Shown here: positions 35,316 to 39,383 of the stretch, piece by piece
Position numbering within the stretch: position 1 is the stretch's first letter
How the letters are laid out: every line of letters begins with the position of its first letter
From: Dicyema japonicum
Taxonomy: Eukaryota > Animalia > Dicyemida
Assembly (NCBI GenBank): GCA_011109175.1
Contig: RDEW01000149.1
Span: 1-39,383, forward strand
DNA: 39,383 bases
Reading direction: 5' to 3'
Made by a program: the position numbers and the translations under genes
The notes under the pieces: generated by a model
Told to the model about the DNA's origin: nothing
Database searches by the model: none
What the model saw: the letters and a program-made list of their open reading frames with translations, nothing else

Positions 35316-36637
35316 CTAAATGAATGGTTCGGTGAAGAATGATTTTTTACGAGATTTCATTTTCAAATAAATATTAGCAATGATGACAGTAAGCTGTATA
35401 AATACCACCAATGACAACACTAGTGCGACAACTCCACACACGATTCCAATTATTTGATGTTTCGTCAGTTTTTTAACGGATTTACTTTCAGACGATAATA
35501 GTTCTTTAAAACTTATTTTATCTAAATTTATTCAGTTTACTAACCATCTGTAATATTATGATGTTTAATCGTGGTTTTTTGCTCTTTACTCTCAGAAGAT
35601 GATTGTGTTTCAAAGCATCCTTCATCTAAAATTTAGTCTGATTTATTACCATCTCCAATAAATTCAAAAATCAAATCATCACGGAAAAATTGTAATTTTA
35701 AAGATGAAATTTCGATAGACACATTTTTATAGTTTTGTGAGATGGATCCACAGTGATTATATCCGCCCATTTTACTTTGTTTAAATTGCTTTTTAAGTGA
35801 AACACATTTTTTTAATTTATATCCAACACAAACAGAAAATCTATTAATACGATATTCATTCCAAAATTGTTTATATGCCGTAATATATATTGTAGAATGA
35901 TCAGCATGCAATATATATTTATTGTCACTATAATTATGTTTTAAGACATTATAGTGATAATCACTGAAATGTTCATCTGTTATCTAATTATCATTGAAAC
36001 CGTGTACAATATTTTTATTGTCAATATATGATATTTTGATATTTCCACTTAATACTGCTCGGATTCTATCTTGGTTAAATAAAAACCAAATAGGTGTATT
36101 TGGGTCATTATTTGGGTTACATTCATTAGCTAAATAAATTTTAATAAAAACCTTTTCCAGTAAATAATAAAAATAACCTTTATCATGATATTGCAACTTG
36201 ATTGAATAAATTTTAACAGATATACTATTCGAAAAGCTAATATGAGCATAACCACATCGGTAGTAATCCCCATATTTAGTTTTAGGAATCTTTGTGATAT
36301 TAGTATATCGCTTGCCAGCTTAAGTAAAACAAAAAACGTACCATAATCAATTTCTGTTACTAAGTCAATAGTATAAAACTCATTGTAGAAATATGGAATA
36401 AGTTTAAATTTTATGCTAGTGAAAGAAAACAAATCCGCACCATTTGTTTCCCATACATCTATATGTTTTGCGTATTTTAACTTTGATAAACTATATTCCT
36501 AAAGTTAACAAAATAAATACTTGAGAAGGATTCTTATAAACTACATATGAATCAATTAATATATATCTCTTATCACATTTTATTTTGACTATTTTGCTAA
36601 ACAGAATAATTATGATATAATGAATAGTTCTGATCAT
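35316..36637 (-). CDS. Type I membrane glycoprotein (~400 aa) with two LAMP-like luminal domains
   Basis: Exons 36637-36521, 36498-36342, 36318-36008, 35983-35650, 35625-35545, 35521-35316 are in frame via 22-24 nt introns; N-terminal hydrophobic leader; TM IIGIVCGVVALVLSLVVFI; basic tail KMKSRKKSFFTEPFI*; LAMP similarity judged by eye only. Confidence 0.65.
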
Positions 36638-37429
36638 GTAATCTTAATTTTATTAGGTCAAATTTTATTTTATTTAAATTTTTATCTTAATTGTTTAATA
36701 TTATTATAAATTAAATATCTATGATAAAGGATAATTCATTACCATTTTTTATAAAATTATCTTTAATAATTGAAATATAGTTATCATTATCAATTTCTCT
36801 CCTTAACTATTCCTCCATTACTCGACAACGTGAGAATTTTGAACAATAATTCCAGCTTCATTACTATGCGGCTCCGAATCCTATCGTTTCTACTAATCAG
36901 TTATATAAGTCTGCAAAACACGTAAATTTGAGAAAAACCCAAGTTCTTTAAATTTTTATTAATGAGTAACGATGGGATTTAGAAAAACTGTGGTGCTATG
37001 AAAGAACATTACAAAAACCTCTCATTCTTGTCGAGGTCTCTTAATTGATGGTTTAACTCATTTTTTCTTGATGTTTCCTTTTTCGATGTTAGATAATAAT
37101 AATGTTGTTAGTGCTTTCACTCACGATTGGCTGTGAGTTATATTCCTACACTTCCACCTACATTAACAAGGATTCCTTTCTGTTTTTTGCTTTCTCTGAT
37201 TGTTAAGCATCAATTTGGATCCACGTGAATCGAAAAACACCCAGTTTTACTAGGGCTTCTAAAAAAAGATCGCTAGCTTTCTTACTACAGTGGATTGGTT
37301 TGCTCATTGGCAGATATTGAGTGACTTTTCCCGATTTGGTTACATATCACCTGTCAAACAACCTGTCACCTGTCATTTAATCAATATTAATTTTTTATGA
37401 TAACAATTATACTGGGCTAATTTGAAGAA

Positions 37430-38050
37430 AGAGCATAGAGTAAAAGGTTATATAGACGATGCCCTGACTGCGCGGCTATTCCCTTTCAGGATCGCGAGCG
37501 AGATTCGCTTGAATAGTCAGCTGCGCTCACAAGGTTTTTTCGTGCAACGATCTGATTTCCTAGACGACTCAAGAATTTCAGCGTCTCAGATGCAAGGGGA
37601 CTAGAAGTCTCAACGGCGAGTGGAAAAAACAAAAATAATTGGGTAAGACAGCGTACTATTCTCGTTTGTGTCAGAACAGGCTCAGAGGCACTCTAGAGTA
37701 GGTTGCAACAGGCAAATGTGTCGTTACAGGTAACGTCCCAGACAAATTGTTTTTTGGCTTCAAAAGGAAGGATTCTAATCTCATCTGGTTTCCCGTTTCG
37801 TCTGCAAAGGCCGACAGTTTCGAGCATGGAGAAATGTCTAGCGGCGTCAAAAGCTTGCCTAACGAGTTCGTTCATGGCCATGTGTCTGAGAAATATGCCA
37901 GCACTTTTACTGCAGGAGAGAGGGTGTAAACCAAAACAATCAATCTTGTCTCCGCATCGGAACTGATGTAGAAAACAGACTATTAATCACAGACGCAATG
38001 AGATCCCAATACAGACGCGTCCATCATCCAGGAAGGTACCCAGAAACATG
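37430..38050 (-). mobile_element. CRE-type RLE retrotransposon 3' fragment (zinc finger + endonuclease)
   Basis: CGDKIDCFGLHPLSCSKSAG..RH...GKPD...VWDVTCNDTFA. Confidence 0.8.
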
Positions 38051-38289
38051 CATGAAAAATGTCATTAAATTTCGCGCGACTTTATTCCCAAATTTAATTT
38101 GCAGATTAAGACCGTATTTCGAATGGACGCCAATCACTTTAGGCACAAAACGATCATCCATATTCTAATTGACAAATAAACATAATCTCAAATCCCTCAT
38201 TTGGTACATCATTTTTTATAAATAATAAATATCGATTTTTATCGGAAGGTTTTTAACAGATCTTCAACAAAATTAAAATGTGGGCACCA

Positions 38290-38480
38290 TTAGTGTCCTA
38301 GATCAACGATTTACTTTTTTGAAACCATATGGGAACAGAGTGCAATGTCCAGCAAGGTTCGCTGATCTGAGTTCCTACTTGTCTTGGAAGGATCATTTAT
38401 GATTGTCAGTTGATCCGTTCAGTATTGCTCCAGATGGCACATAAGTCTCAGTTGGATGCGTTTGTGACTTTTTACTAGAT
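38290..38480 (-). mobile_element. Possible APE C-terminal fragment
   Basis: QLTIINDPSKT...LLDIALCSH. Confidence 0.4.
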
Positions 38481-39383
38481 TTTTTATGGTGGAAATACAA
38501 CTTGTGTATGCGTTTCAGTCGATAAAGTGAAAAAATATAATGCTAAAAGATGATCAAAATCTTTGATAGAAGAGAGAGGCAAAGAGACGTAAAAGGATTA
38601 GTATCACATTACTCATAAAGAGCTTTTGCAAACAGTAGTAGTTGGGCTAAAAGAATGATATATTTATGTGATGATTTAAAGTTAATCCTTACTTTGTAAA
38701 ATTAAAGTGGATAGAAAGTTTGCTCCTAAGTATGTCCTTTGGGGCACAATGTACGAGTATTTTTTGTGCACTAACGGGAAAGAAGATAATACTAAGAGTT
38801 GTTTAAATCTTTACTGAAGGTGAGAAAGCAAAGAGACGTAAGAGGATTAAAATTTCTCTTTTAGCAATAACATGAATAACAAATAATAAACCTAAACAAA
38901 TATTTAACGCTCATATTTTTTTGTTTTATTAACATCAATTATTATGGTTAATAGAAATTTGGTGCCAAAGTTAGTGTGGTGCTATTTAGCTACATGAATT
39001 GAAGAATATTTTGTTGATTCTTCTCTTCTTCCTTTTTGGTCCATGGAGCTTGAATTGTTAGCGTGCGTCGTTCGGTTCACCATCACTGGTGTTGCCAGAT
39101 ATAATCCTAAATTATATCCAAAAAGGACCATTAGTCAACAACCATCCAAAAGAGTTCCCTCTGGACGGCACTTCCCTCAAGACCGAGCATTCTAAGACTG
39201 TTGCGGGATCACCTTAGTTTTTTCATTCTGGCATTGACGGTGTTTTTTGGTTTAATGAATTTAAAATTTAAAAAAAATAAAAGTTTAATAGAACAATGGA
39301 GTAAATGGTGAATAAAAAAGCATTCCAAATAAACAATATTTTATCAGAAAGTTTTTGGCAATGTTTAATTCCCTTTAGTTACA

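Noticed and set aside
8449-36007. All 3n-length introns contain in-frame stops (NMD signature)
   Set aside because: Circular: stopless 3n introns cannot be detected without transcripts
38985-39240. Possible small minus-strand gene with 21-22 nt introns
   Set aside because: Could not build a consistent start-to-stop model or recognise a product

Overview
AT-rich eukaryotic nuclear DNA in the standard genetic code (genes end in TAA/TAG/TGA). A few host genes sit in a dense field of transposons. Five host genes were reconstructed by hand, and all are split by tiny 21-26 nt GT-AG introns, which is why the ORF track fragments them: centrin (23746-24297 +), CBP20/NCBP2 (28337-28828 +), a secreted saposin-like protein (8321-9130 -), a ~630-aa secreted protein of resistin/PCSK9-C-terminal-like Cys modules (17504-19802 +), and a ~400-aa LAMP-like type I membrane protein (35316-36637 -). 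The mobile DNA includes a TSD-flanked 3.0-kb single-ORF LINE with an N-terminal 2A/StopGo peptide and a structured 5' leader, and a TSD-flanked RTE-like LINE that captured 76 bp of neighbouring DNA at its 5' junction. It also includes RT-less bipartite derivatives of that family, a BovB-like RTE relic, five CRE-type RLE fragments, hAT-Buster, pogo and Tc1 relics, a nested DNA-transposon stack, and a TGT...ACA element with a 5-bp TSD. Host identity cannot be read from the sequence; the intron size would fit a dicyemid-like or other tiny-intron parasite (inference). All protein-family calls come from motif recognition, not database searches.
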